Assembly: GCA_964016885.1 (NCBI GenBank)
Contig: OZ024742.1
Location: 229,896,001-229,960,000 of the forward strand
From: Eledone cirrhosa
Lineage: Eukaryota
Direction of reading: 5' to 3'
DNA length: 64,000 bases
The notes beneath the pieces were generated by a model. It was not told where the DNA came from, made no database searches, and saw only the letters and a list, made by a program, of their open reading frames with translations. Below, one piece after another: positions 24,236 through 34,883 of this stretch. The position numbers and the translations under genes were made by a program. Position 1 is the first letter of the stretch. The number at the start of each line of letters is the position of its first letter.

Positions 24236-27200
24236 GTGGTCTTTCCCATCTTTTCCACTCTATTTTAAACATGACCTCACTCAGAATAGGCAGCATAAAT
24301 GCGCGTGGCTTGGGGTCGTCATGGAAGCAGGGTCACCTGCTCAACGACCTCAGGTCACTAAACATAGATGTAGTGGCCATCAGCGAGACCAGAATCTCCG
24401 AAGCACGGGCCTTCGCACCGATCTTCGGCGGCTACGATGTGTACGCATCTCCCAGCCGTCCTGGATCGGGTGGAGGAGTTGCTGTGCTTTTTCGGAGAGG
24501 TTTGGATCTCGCCATACGGGCCATCTTCCTGGACCCAGAGGGTAAGCTGGTGGTGCTGGACGTGACCAGCGGAGACGGGCAAGCTTTCAGGCTAGTGGCC
24601 GTCTATGCCCCGACAGGAGCAGGGCGGCCTGATTTCTTCCGGCGTCTGGAGACCTTTCTTGGAACGTCGCGCTCTTTAGTGTTAGTGGGCGACTGGAACG
24701 GGATCTTAGATGCACGCTGGGACTGTGTGGGATTAGCGGATAGGGGTGGAGGGTGCAAGAGCCTCACCAACCTGCTCAGGCGTTTTGAACTGTCTGACAG
24801 GTACCGATTGGATTTCCCGAATGTGCCAATGTGGACTTGGACAAACCGCATAGGGTCATCCAGATCATATCTAGATAGAGTATTTTGTAGGGAAATAGAT
24901 AGGTCTAGCATAGGCTGTCCACAATTCAAGATAGTCAGCTACACGGACCACAAATTCGTGATCTGTGTGCTTGACTTAGATAGGCTTCATAGACGAGGAC
25001 CCGGCTACTGGAAGCTAAACGCGTCCTTACCAGCGCGCAAGGCCTACAGAGACCGGATTAGCGAACTAGTTAAGCGGGCGTTGACGGGGGCCATCGTCAA
25101 CAACAAGTGGTGGTTTGCTCTGAAAAGAGCGATTAGAATAGAATCGATTAGGTTTAGTAAGGCTTTAGCAATAGAGAAAAATAGAGCAGAGGGAGAACTA
25201 GTTAGAAAATTAGACGAGGCGCTTAGCAAAGGCATTGCGACCGACGTGCTTGCGGCGAAATTGGCCCTTGACCAATTCTTCAATGCAAAGCACGAAGGCT
25301 GCGTTGTCAGAGCTAGGGTGCGTGCTCTCAGACACGAGGGGACGAAAGCCGTTCAATGGGCCCGAGTGGCGGAGGCGCGTCGCGGCAACAAAGCCACGAT
25401 CCGGTCTTTGGTGGACCACGACGGGCGCATGCTACTCGATCCCGGGCAAATGTGTGAAGCTTTTCAGCGACACTTCGCTCAGCTGTTCGGGGGCAGCGGG
25501 GGGCCGGGTAGAGGGATGGACTTTAGTGTCTACCTCGACGGACTGCCGCGGCTCTCGGCCACTGAGGCGAAGTGTTGCGAAAAGCCGATAACAGCCGCTG
25601 AAGTAAGGGAGGCAATGACTGGCTGCACAAGGGGTAAATCGCCTGGTTTGGATGGTCTGCCCTATGAACTTTACGTACAGATGCCAGACTTGTTCGGAGG
25701 CCTCTTGGCGGACGTCTACTGCAACTGGCAACAGAACGGGAGAATTCCCAGTTCTGTGAGCCGAGGAGCGGTGGCACTGCTGAGAAAGGATCCGAACAAG
25801 GGGGATAACATAGACAATTTCCGGCCCATAACTCTGCTAAACACAGAGTTTAAGATTTTGGCCAAGGTGCTAGCAAAGAGGTTGGCGCTTGTCGTTGGTG
25901 GTCTGGTGGGAGAGGCGCAGACATGCGCCATTCCCGACAGATCCATCCACGACAACCTCCACCTCATGCGATACATCGTAGAGAGGGTAGCTAGGGAACC
26001 TGGCACGGGTGGGTCCTTGATCAATTTAGATCAGTCGAAAGCTTTCGATAGGGTCGACCATCGTTACCTAGCGGCAGTCCTGAGGGCGGCTGGCTTTGGG
26101 CCCGTCTTCAGAGGCTGGATCGCTGCCATGCACAGCGACATCTGCTCTGTGGTGAGAGTGAACGGTCACCTGTCGGAACCGTTCAACATCATGCGCTCGG
26201 TCCGCCAAGGATGTCCCCTCTCGTCCCTCTTGTACGTATTGACTCTCGAGCCATTACTGCACAAACTGGAGACGTTGAGGGGAGTCCCGCGCGAACTAGG
26301 ATGCGGAAGATCCGTGTCAGCATATGCGGACGATGTCACCGTAGTGGTGTCGAACGCCAAACACATCGAGGCGATCGGCACTACACTAAGAGAATACGAA
26401 GCGGTGACAGGAGCAATGATCAACCAGGAAAAGTCAGTGGGCCTGCAGCTCGGCACCTGGAGAGGCAGGTCCATGCCGTCCAACAGCGTCGTCGGGCGCT
26501 GGACGGACGGACCGGTTAAATTGCTAGGGGTCTGGTTCGGTCCGGACCTCCAGACGGACAAAAACTGGGACGAGGTGACGAGCAGGGTGGCTTCTCTCAC
26601 CCAGAAATGGGCGGAGAGGAAGCTATCCCTGAAAGGTCGAGCGGAGGTGGCTAACGCGTACATCGCGTCTGTCATCTGCTACCGCCTAACCGTCGTACCT
26701 TGTCCTAAGCCTCGCCTGACTGCGCTGGAGCGTTTGCTCTTTCGCTTTTTGTGGAAGGGACGTGCTCCGATGGTCAGGCGGTCCATCTGTTGTCAACACC
26801 CGCTACGTGGAGGGCTGGGCATGCCGTGGCTGATGATGCGCAGGCACGCGCTCAGGCTACGACATCTCCACCTCTTCCTCGACGGTGATCAGGTGTGGTC
26901 GCCGTTTGCTAGACGCGTTTTTCCCCAGCTCGTTTCCTTGACGGAGCTGCAGTCCTGGGTCAAGCGAAGACCGAGAGGGAGCGCCTGGAGACTGGAATGT
27001 CTTCAGGCGCTCACAGCCCTCGACCAATCGGGCAATGTGATCGGTGGAAACTCCACCTCGGCGTTCTATAGAGGATTAGTGGAGGGGAAGAGCGACGACG
27101 TACTTGGGGAAACTCTAGGCGTCGACGAAAATCAACTAGCCAATCTCTTCGGAAGAACTTTCGGGCCAGGGCCTATGGACAACTTCCAGAAATCTCTGGC

Positions 27201-27867
27201 CTGGCAGTGCTACCGAGGAGCCTTGCCAGTTCGGGATAAACTCTACAGGCATGGAGGTGCCGTCAGCCGGGCATGTCCGAGATGCGCGCAGGGCGACGAA
27301 ACCGTCCTGCACGCACTCGTCCAGTGTCCGAAAATTGCTGACTTGTGGGTTTATGTCGAACACCTGCTGTCGCGTTTAGGACGGATCCAGCTATCATCTG
27401 AGTCTATCGTGAGGATTGCCCCGCCCTCCTCCTTTAGCCGGGAAGGGCAGGCAGTTTTTATCTGTCTGGTGGCCATGGCGAAAGAGATAGTATGGTGGAC
27501 ACGTTTGAAAGGGCTGAAGACGAGCACTTACCTCTTCGGTGATGCTCTGATTGACTTTTTCAAATTTCATTTGAAAAGGAAAATCAGAGTAGAGAAGGAA
27601 GTGCTCTCTTTCCAGCATTTTGTTGAAAGATGGGTGAGAGAAGCAAGAATGGCCCGAGTGAATGGGCCGACTCTGAGTATATATCTGTAAACTAAAGGTG
27701 GAAAACTGGGAGAGGGCACTTGCCTTGGTGGTCAGGGTCATTGTGGCTTTTTACTGGGCTTTCTCCACAAATGTCCCTCCGAAGTCTCCCCCCTATTGGG
27801 GAATTTTTCATTGTTATTTTCATTGTTATTTTTGTTACATCCTCTGTTTTTGTTTTTTTACACGCAG
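24232..27867 (+). other. Predicted GT-AG intron enclosing all of ORF2
   Basis: Donor CG|GTAAGT overlaps the ORF1 stop codon. Acceptor ctctgtttttgtttttttacacgcAG| lies in the 3' UTR. The donor recurs in all six Tx1 copies and the acceptor in A, D and E. No transcript evidence. Confidence 0.55.
24271..27690 (+). CDS. Tx1 ORF2, APE endonuclease + reverse transcriptase + C-terminal zinc finger (1139 aa)
   Basis: APE: SINARG, ISETR, VGDWN, YLDR, TDH. RT: SPGLDG, FRPITLLN, LDQSKAFDRV, VRQGCPLS, YADD. Finger: CPRC..ETVLHALVQC. Confidence 0.96.
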   Translation: MTSLRIGSINARGLGSSWKQGHLLNDLRSLNIDVVAISETRISEARAFAPIFGGYDVYASPSRPGSGGGVAVLFRRGLDLAIRAIFLDPEGKLVVLDVTSGDGQAFRLVAVYAPTGAGRPDFFRRLETFLGTSRSLVLVGDWNGILDARWDCVGLADRGGGCKSLTNLLRRFELSDRYRLDFPNVPMWTWTNRIGSSRSYLDRVFCREIDRSSIGCPQFKIVSYTDHKFVICVLDLDRLHRRGPGYWKLNASLPARKAYRDRISELVKRALTGAIVNNKWWFALKRAIRIESIRFSKALAIEKNRAEGELVRKLDEALSKGIATDVLAAKLALDQFFNAKHEGCVVRARVRALRHEGTKAVQWARVAEARRGNKATIRSLVDHDGRMLLDPGQMCEAFQRHFAQLFGGSGGPGRGMDFSVYLDGLPRLSATEAKCCEKPITAAEVREAMTGCTRGKSPGLDGLPYELYVQMPDLFGGLLADVYCNWQQNGRIPSSVSRGAVALLRKDPNKGDNIDNFRPITLLNTEFKILAKVLAKRLALVVGGLVGEAQTCAIPDRSIHDNLHLMRYIVERVAREPGTGGSLINLDQSKAFDRVDHRYLAAVLRAAGFGPVFRGWIAAMHSDICSVVRVNGHLSEPFNIMRSVRQGCPLSSLLYVLTLEPLLHKLETLRGVPRELGCGRSVSAYADDVTVVVSNAKHIEAIGTTLREYEAVTGAMINQEKSVGLQLGTWRGRSMPSNSVVGRWTDGPVKLLGVWFGPDLQTDKNWDEVTSRVASLTQKWAERKLSLKGRAEVANAYIASVICYRLTVVPCPKPRLTALERLLFRFLWKGRAPMVRRSICCQHPLRGGLGMPWLMMRRHALRLRHLHLFLDGDQVWSPFARRVFPQLVSLTELQSWVKRRPRGSAWRLECLQALTALDQSGNVIGGNSTSAFYRGLVEGKSDDVLGETLGVDENQLANLFGRTFGPGPMDNFQKSLAWQCYRGALPVRDKLYRHGGAVSRACPRCAQGDETVLHALVQCPKIADLWVYVEHLLSRLGRIQLSSESIVRIAPPSSFSREGQAVFICLVAMAKEIVWWTRLKGLKTSTYLFGDALIDFFKFHLKRKIRVEKEVLSFQHFVERWVREARMARVNGPTLSIYL

Positions 27868-27950
27868 AAATGCCCATTTGTACCGTCCTGCATTGTCCTG
27901 CACTGTCCTTAATGTCTACTTTATGTAAACCCTTGTGGTTAATAAAGAAA

Positions 27951-28015
<65 letters not shown>

Positions 28016-28790
28016 GTTACTACTCTTTGAGTCTCAGTCATTGATGTTAGTTAACTGGAAAGTTTGTTGAGATGAATATCAAGCCACTACCTGCAGCCTC
28101 AGATATTCAGGACGTATCGGAGGGTTCTTGCTGTTCCCAGCACGCATGCCTTTTGAAGCGTTCCAAAAAGCGTGAAGGGGCCAATTTTCTTTAACCATCC
28201 CTGGAAACTTTTTGAGATAGTCCCTAGTGCGCCTATGACAATCGGGATCACTTTGACTTCATGGCAGTTCCAAATCCTTTTTACCCCCCCCCCCCTTTAA
28301 GTCCTGGTATCGGTTAATTTTCTCCCTCTCCTTCTCTTGCACTCTCGTGTCGAATGGGCAGGCCACATCCACAATCAGGCACGATCTTTTTTCTTTGTCC
28401 ACAACCACCAGGTCAGGTCTATTGTGTTCCAGTTTCTTGTCCGTCTGTATCCTAAAATCCCACAGCACCTTCACCTGATCGTTCTCCATCACCGCCTCTG
28501 GCCTATGCTCATACCATTTCTCAGAATGTGGTAAATTGTTTACTTTGCACAGGTGCCAGTGGATCACCCTGCCCATCACATCATGTCTCCAGCCCTTATA
28601 GTGGGTCTGGGCTAGGTGTTTACACTCGGATACAATGTGATCCACAGTCTCCTCTCTCTCTCCACAGATCCTGCACAGTGGGCTAGCCTCCTCCTTGTAA
28701 ATATGGTGATTCAACCACTTCGTTTTGAGGGCCTGCTCCTGCGCAGCCATTAACATTCCTTCTGTAGCATTTTTGAGGTGTCCTCTTCTC
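28016..28790 (-). mobile_element. Dong 3' fragment F2 (mosaic)
   Basis: RLE region; same 5' breakpoint as F1, but 3' part like the copy at 29891. Confidence 0.92.
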
Positions 28791-28828
28791 TTATTATTAT
28801 TATTATTATTATTGTTGTTGTTGTTATT

Positions 28829-29843
28829 CCTTGAATCTCAGTCATTGATGTTGGTTAACTGGAAAGTCCGTTGGAGTGAATATCAAGCCACTACCTGCAG
28901 CCTCAGATATTCAGGACGTATTGGAGGGTTCTTGCTGTTCCAAGCAAGCATGCCTTTTGAAGCGTTCCAAAAAGCGTGACGGGGCCGATTTTCTTTAACC
29001 ATCCCTGGAAACTTTTGGAGATAGTCCCCAGTGCGTCTATGACAATCGGGATCACTTTGACTTCATGGCAGTTCCAAATCCTTTTCACCTCCCACTTTAG
29101 GTCCTGGTATCGGTTAATTTTCTCCCCCTCCTTCTCTTGCACTCTCGTGTCGAAAGGGCAGGCCACATCCACAATCAGACACGATCTTTTTTCTTTGTCC
29201 ACAACCACCAGGTCAGGTCTATTGTGTTCCAGTTTTTTGTCCGTCTGTATCCTAAAATCCCACAGCATCTTCACCTGATTGTTCTCCATCACCGCCTCTG
29301 GCCTATGCTCATACCATTTCTCAGAGTGTGGTAAATTGTTTACTTTGCACAGGTGCCAGTGGATCACCCTGCCCATCACATCGTGTCTCCAGCCCTTATA
29401 GTGGGTCTGGGCTAGGTGTTTACACTCGGACACAATGTGATCCACAGTCTCCTCTCTCTCTCCACAGATCCTGCACAGTGGGCTAGCCTCCTCCTTGTAA
29501 ATATGGTGCTTCAACCACTTCGTTTTGAGGGCCTGCTCCTGTGCAGCCATTAGCATTCCTTCTGTAGCCTTTTTGAGGTCTCCTCTTCTCAAGCAGTTCC
29601 ATGTCTGTGGATCTCTAAATTCAGTTTTCTCAAAGAAGGTACTATGAAGGGATTTTCCCTTAAGGCTGCTCTTCCCCCTTGATGTTATTTCCTCATTGGA
29701 CATCCCCTGGCCTACTGTCCCCTCCTTCAGTACAGTTCTGAGCATTGGCTCCTTACTATAGGTCACGTATTTGTATAGGTTATTTTTCTCCCTCTGAACA
29801 CAGTCCTCTATGCTGATAAGACCTCTTCCACCCTCAGATCTCC

Positions 29844-29846
<3 letters not shown>
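28829..29846 (-). mobile_element. Dong 3' fragment F3, 5'-truncated
   Basis: Open frame from RSEGGRGL through the RLE to the stop at 28903; ATT-type tracts on both sides. Confidence 0.93.
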
Positions 29847-29890
<44 letters not shown>

Positions 29891-32800
29891 GTTACTACTC
29901 TTTGACTCTCAGTCATTGATGTTAGTTAACTGGAAAGTTTGTTGAGATGAATATCAAGCCACTACCTGCAGCCTCAGATATTCAGGACGTATCGGAGGGT
30001 TCTTGCTGTTCCCAGCACGCATGCCTTTTGAAGCGTTCCAAAAAGCGTGAAGGGGCCAATTTTCTTTAACCATCCCTGGAAACTTTTTGAGATAGTCCCT
30101 AGTGCGCCTATGACAATCGGGATCACTTTGACTTCATGGCAGTTCCAAATCCTTTTTACCCCCCCCCCCCCCCTTTAAGTCCTGGTATCGGTTAATTTTC
30201 TCCCTCTCCTTCTCTTGCACTCTCGTGTCGAATGGGCAGGCCACATCCACAATCAGGCACGATCTTTTTTCTTTGTCCAAAACCACCAGGTCAGGTCTAT
30301 TGTGTTCCAGTTTCTTGTCCGTCTGTATCCTAAAATCCCACAGCACCTTCACCTGATCGTTTTCTATCACCGCCTCTGGCTTATGCTCATACCACTTCTC
30401 AGAATGTGGTAAGTTGTTTACTTTGCATGGGTGCCAGTGGATCACCCTGCCCATCACATCATGTCTCCAGCCCTTATAGTGAGTCTGGGCTAGGTGTTTA
30501 CACTCGGATACAATGTGAGCCACAGTCTCCTCTCTCTCACCACAGAACATGCACAGTGGGCTAGCCTCCTCCTTGTAAATGTGGTGTTTAAACCACTTCG
30601 TTTTGAGGGCCTGCTCCTGCGCAGCCATTAACATTCCTTCTGTAGCCTTTTTAAGGTCTCCTCTTTTCAACCAGTTCCATGTCTGTGGATCTCTAAATTC
30701 AGTTTTCTCAAAGAAGGTACTATGAAGGGATTTTTCCTGAAGGCTGCTCTTTCTCCTTGATGTTATTTCCTCCTTGGACATCCCCTGGCCTATTGTCCCC
30801 TCCTTCAGTACAGTTCTTAGCATTGGCTCCTTACTATCAGTCACGTATTTGTGTAGGTTGTTTTTCTCCATCTGAACACAGTCCTCTATGCTGATAAGAC
30901 CTCTTCCACCCTCAGATCTCCTTAAGTAGAGTCTATCGACATCACTCCTCTTGTGTAACATATTGTAGATAGTCAATAGCTTCCTAGTCTTCCTATCCAT
31001 TTCTTTTTGTTCAGCAACATTCCATCTCAGAATTCCCGCACTGTACCTAATAATAGACACAGCTCGGGAATTTACTGCACTTATGGCATTCCTACTGTTC
31101 AGATGTGACTTTAATACGCTCCTTACTCTCCGAAGGTATTCAGTTCTTATCAATTCCTTCATTTTTTTTGTTCTTCATGTCATCAGCCTCCAGAACGCCC
31201 AAATACTTGTATCCTTCCTCAGAGTCAATTTCTTTTATCATCTCACCTGTTGGTATCTGGATTCGGTTACTTCTGCTCAACTTACCCCTCCTCATCACAA
31301 TGACTCCACACTTACTAATACCAAATTGCATACATATATCATTGCTGAAAATACGGACAGTGTCAACAAGCACATCCAACTCCTTCTCACTCTTCCCGAA
31401 GAGCTTAAGATCGTCCATGAAGAGGAGGTGATTGATGGTAAGCCCTCCATTTCCCAACCTGTATCCTGCTCTCACTTTTCGCAGTACACTGGTCAGGGGC
31501 ATCAGGGCAAGGACATACAACAGAGGGGACAACAGACTATCTCCCTGGAAGATACCTCTCTTGATCTTCACGCTTCCCAAGGATTCTCCAGTTGATGTTA
31601 ACTCTGTTTCCCAGGACTTCATACTTTTGCCCAACAACTGTCTGATGCTATCTGCGACCTTGAAGATCTCCAGGCTTTAGGTGATCCAAGAATGAGGCAC
31701 CATGTCCAATGCCTTTTTGTAGTCTATCCATACCATGGCAATACCAGTGTGTCTCCTCTTGCAATTCCTCATTACCATCTTATCAATAAGTAACTGGTAC
31801 TTTGTACCACGTGACTTCTTTCGGCATCCTTTCTGTTCGTCCGGTAACAAGTTGTTTGTGTGGAGGTGATGGTAGATTTCCTCAGACATAATGCTTGTCA
31901 ACAGTTTACACATTACGGACAGACATGTGATAGGTCTATAGTTGGTAACATCATTACCCTTGATTCGGTCTTTCATTATCAGAACTGTGGTACCTTTTGT
32001 CAACCTCTCTGGTACCTCATCTGACATCAAGCAGTCATTGAACATGTTTGTCAGTTTCGGGTGGAGGGATGTTATGTTTTTAATCCAATACCCCTGCACA
32101 CCATCTGGGCCAGGTGATTTCCAGTTGGTTAGTTTTTTGGCCTGCCCTTTAAGAGTTTCAACTGTGATACTCAAATCAGTTTGTTGGCGTGCCTGTTCAC
32201 TGATCTCCTTCTGTACTGTCTCAATCCACACTGCCTGGTCATTATGTTTAACATCCTGCTCCCATATTCCTCTCCAGAATGTTTTAGTTTGTTCCGCCTC
32301 AGGGATCAAGTCGTTGCCTCTTTCTTTCCCTTCAAGCTGTCCAAACAGCATCTTCTGTTTGTTGTCGAACATGCGGTTCTGTCTATACTGGCTGACTCTG
32401 TTCTCGTATCGCCTGATTTTTGCACTTTTTGCTACGATGCGTTGCTTCAGTTCCTCTATGATAATATTTAGCTTTTTCCTCCTAGTTTTGTACTTTATTT
32501 CCAGTCTATTTTTAGTGTTTATGTTTTTTAGTGTCCCATTCATTAGGGCCTCAAGCTTTCCAATGTCATTTCTCATTTCCCTGATTTGACCACTCAGTCG
32601 TTTCTTCCACCAAGGCTCTGCTCTTTCTTGTCTGTTGTTTCCTCTCGCTTTTATACCAAGTAGTTTCCTCACCGTATTTGCTGTTGCTTTGAGGATATTG
32701 TTGCACTGGTGAAGGCTCCTCGCCTCAAGGTATGGGATGACTTTATTTACCTTAGCTGTTGTTTCTTTTAACTTTTTCCTGTCTACAAATCTTAGGTTCA

Positions 32801-34834
32801 TAGGTCTCCCACTATCATTGTTCAATTCATCTACCACTAAGTTTAGGATATCTACCAAATCTTGTCCTAGCCCGTCAGCATTCATCTCCTCAGGTGACGT
32901 ATCTCTGTTCCAGGTATTATTTATCTCAGCATTCAGATCATTGTCTGTTTCTGGTGGTTCCTCCGTTCTCTCGACCTCTTCACCTTCATTTCCCACTGGC
33001 TCGTTTGTCTGGCATACACCACCCTCCATCTCCAAGCTAATCTCTCTGCCCAGTTCCTCCAGTTCCAGCTCGCTTATCCACCCGTTAGTTCTTATTACCC
33101 GAGCCTGCCCGGCCAGTTTTTATTCATCTAATTTAAATGGACCAATCTCGTTCCAGATGTTATGCATCCTTTTCCTATAGCCTTTCTCCTTGGGGTTACT
33201 CTTCAGGTAACATTGCATAACAGTTCTATTCAATTCTTTCGTCCAGTTGATTCTGGTCCCTTTCCTTCTTCTTCTTCCTCCGACACCAGCAGTATTTGGT
33301 TGACAGCCAGGTCCCTGATGCTGAGCCAGGGAGCACCTGTTGGGTGAGAGTCTGTCACATGACATTCTAGTCTCCATTTCACCGTTATTCGAACTGTTTA
33401 GGTTCGACATTTAAACACTCTTATCGAGGATTGGCGAATGTATGGTTACATAACCACCGGTGAATTACTTGTCTCCGGTGGTTTCGTCACTCCACGTGAC
33501 TTTTGTGTGGAATTATCACGCTGTAGACGAACCCAAACAAACAAACAAACAAACAGGCAGAAAAAAACCCCAAAATGAATAAGCATAAGTTTCATTGTAA
33601 TGTAGTGTTTGAATGTCTGACTTAGTTTTTCCCTTCCCTTCTCTGTCCGTCCGTTTGTTTTTCTCTTCATTTTTATTTCCTTTACGTTTTTCGTTGTTGC
33701 TGTGCTGCTTTGATTTTTATTTTTGTTTTTTTTTTATTTTGACCGCGTTATCAATTCAGTCTATTTATATATTTTGATGCCTTCCTCTTTTAGTGGGGAT
33801 TCTACAATGTAGCAGGGGGTAGTGGGAGAGAATAGCGGTGGTAGTGATAATGAGGCAACGGTGGTGGTGGTGGTGGCGGTGCTGTGCTAGCAGCAACTAG
33901 CAGGAGGTAGTGGGAGAGAATAGTGGCGGTAGCGATAATGAGGCAGTGGTGGTGGTGATGTGGTCGTATTACTGTAGTGATGGTGTTGAAGTTGGAGTAG
34001 AAATTTGAGTCGACTTGACCAGAGTTTTCATCGTGGTAGTGGTGGTGGTGTTGGTGGTGAAATCATTTTGTCATTTTCCTCCTTTTCGACTCTAACATTC
34101 CTGATCCAAAATTAAATATTAATCTTGTTTATTAATATTGTCTAGTGATACCGCCATCTTCCCCTTTCGTAAGTTAACAGAAGGTAATGGGGGGATAGCG
34201 GTGGTAGCAATGAAGTAGTGGTGGCGGCGGTGATGGGATAGTGGTAGTAATGATGGATGGGCGCCGGCGGGGGTGACTGTAGTGATGGCGTTGTCGTTAC
34301 TGAGTTTTGTTGAATAGACTGTATTTTGTTTGATCGGTGAATCTATGGGGTTAGTCTCGTATATGTGTTGACATATTACTTTAATATTGGAATTAACCAT
34401 TTTGTAAAAACTTGAGACAATAATAATAGTAATTATTATTATTATGCTGAGATTGGTGGTGGTGGTGGTGAAATTGCCGTTATCTTGCTGTTGTGTTTAG
34501 TGTACACAGAGGGGTGATGGGGTAGGTGGTGTATCTAGTTCCTGGTGTTGGTGAAATTGCTGTTATTTGACTGTTCTATATAGTGTAGACAGAGGGGGTT
34601 TTCTTCCATTTATAACCATTTTCTTTTTTGAATATAAAATGTATAATACAAAATTGAATATTTGAGCGATATAACAATATATTATGGATCCGAATTATTT
34701 TGGGACTCAAGCCGGATGCTTTATGTATCATTTGTACTAAGAATTGTTATTTCACAATTGATTTAAATATGTTAAAAATCAAAACTTACGGGAGCGATTT
34801 CACGACCTTCTATCCACCATGTGCGTCTTCTTCC

Positions 34835-34835
<1 letters not shown>
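29891..34835 (-). mobile_element. Full-length R4/Dong copy 2 with ~1.4 kb 5' leader
   Basis: Single frameshifted ORF 33410->29974 (N-terminal NWTKELN..CY, RT, CCHC, RLE). Both ends abut (ATT)n. Confidence 0.9.
29974..33410 (-). pseudogene. Dong RT-RLE polyprotein (frameshifted)
   Basis: ORF pieces 33120-33410, 31677-33035, 31140-31637 and 30134-31162 are collinear parts of one protein. Confidence 0.9.

Positions 34836-34883
<48 letters not shown>

Larger units (their letters stand above)
21923..27952 (+). mobile_element. Full-length Tx1 copy C with both ORFs intact
   Basis: Flanked by (ATT)n on both sides; 5' UTR, ORF1, ORF2, and 3' UTR with AATAAA at 27941. Confidence 0.96.

Noticed and set aside
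33447-33500. Hammerhead-like stem-GAAA-stem on - upstream of the Dong ATG (gtcac-gtgga-gtgac-GAAA-ccaccgg..ccggtgg)
   Set aside because: No CUGANGA core, and the pairings are not kept in copy 1; the region is a degenerate 18-bp triplication.
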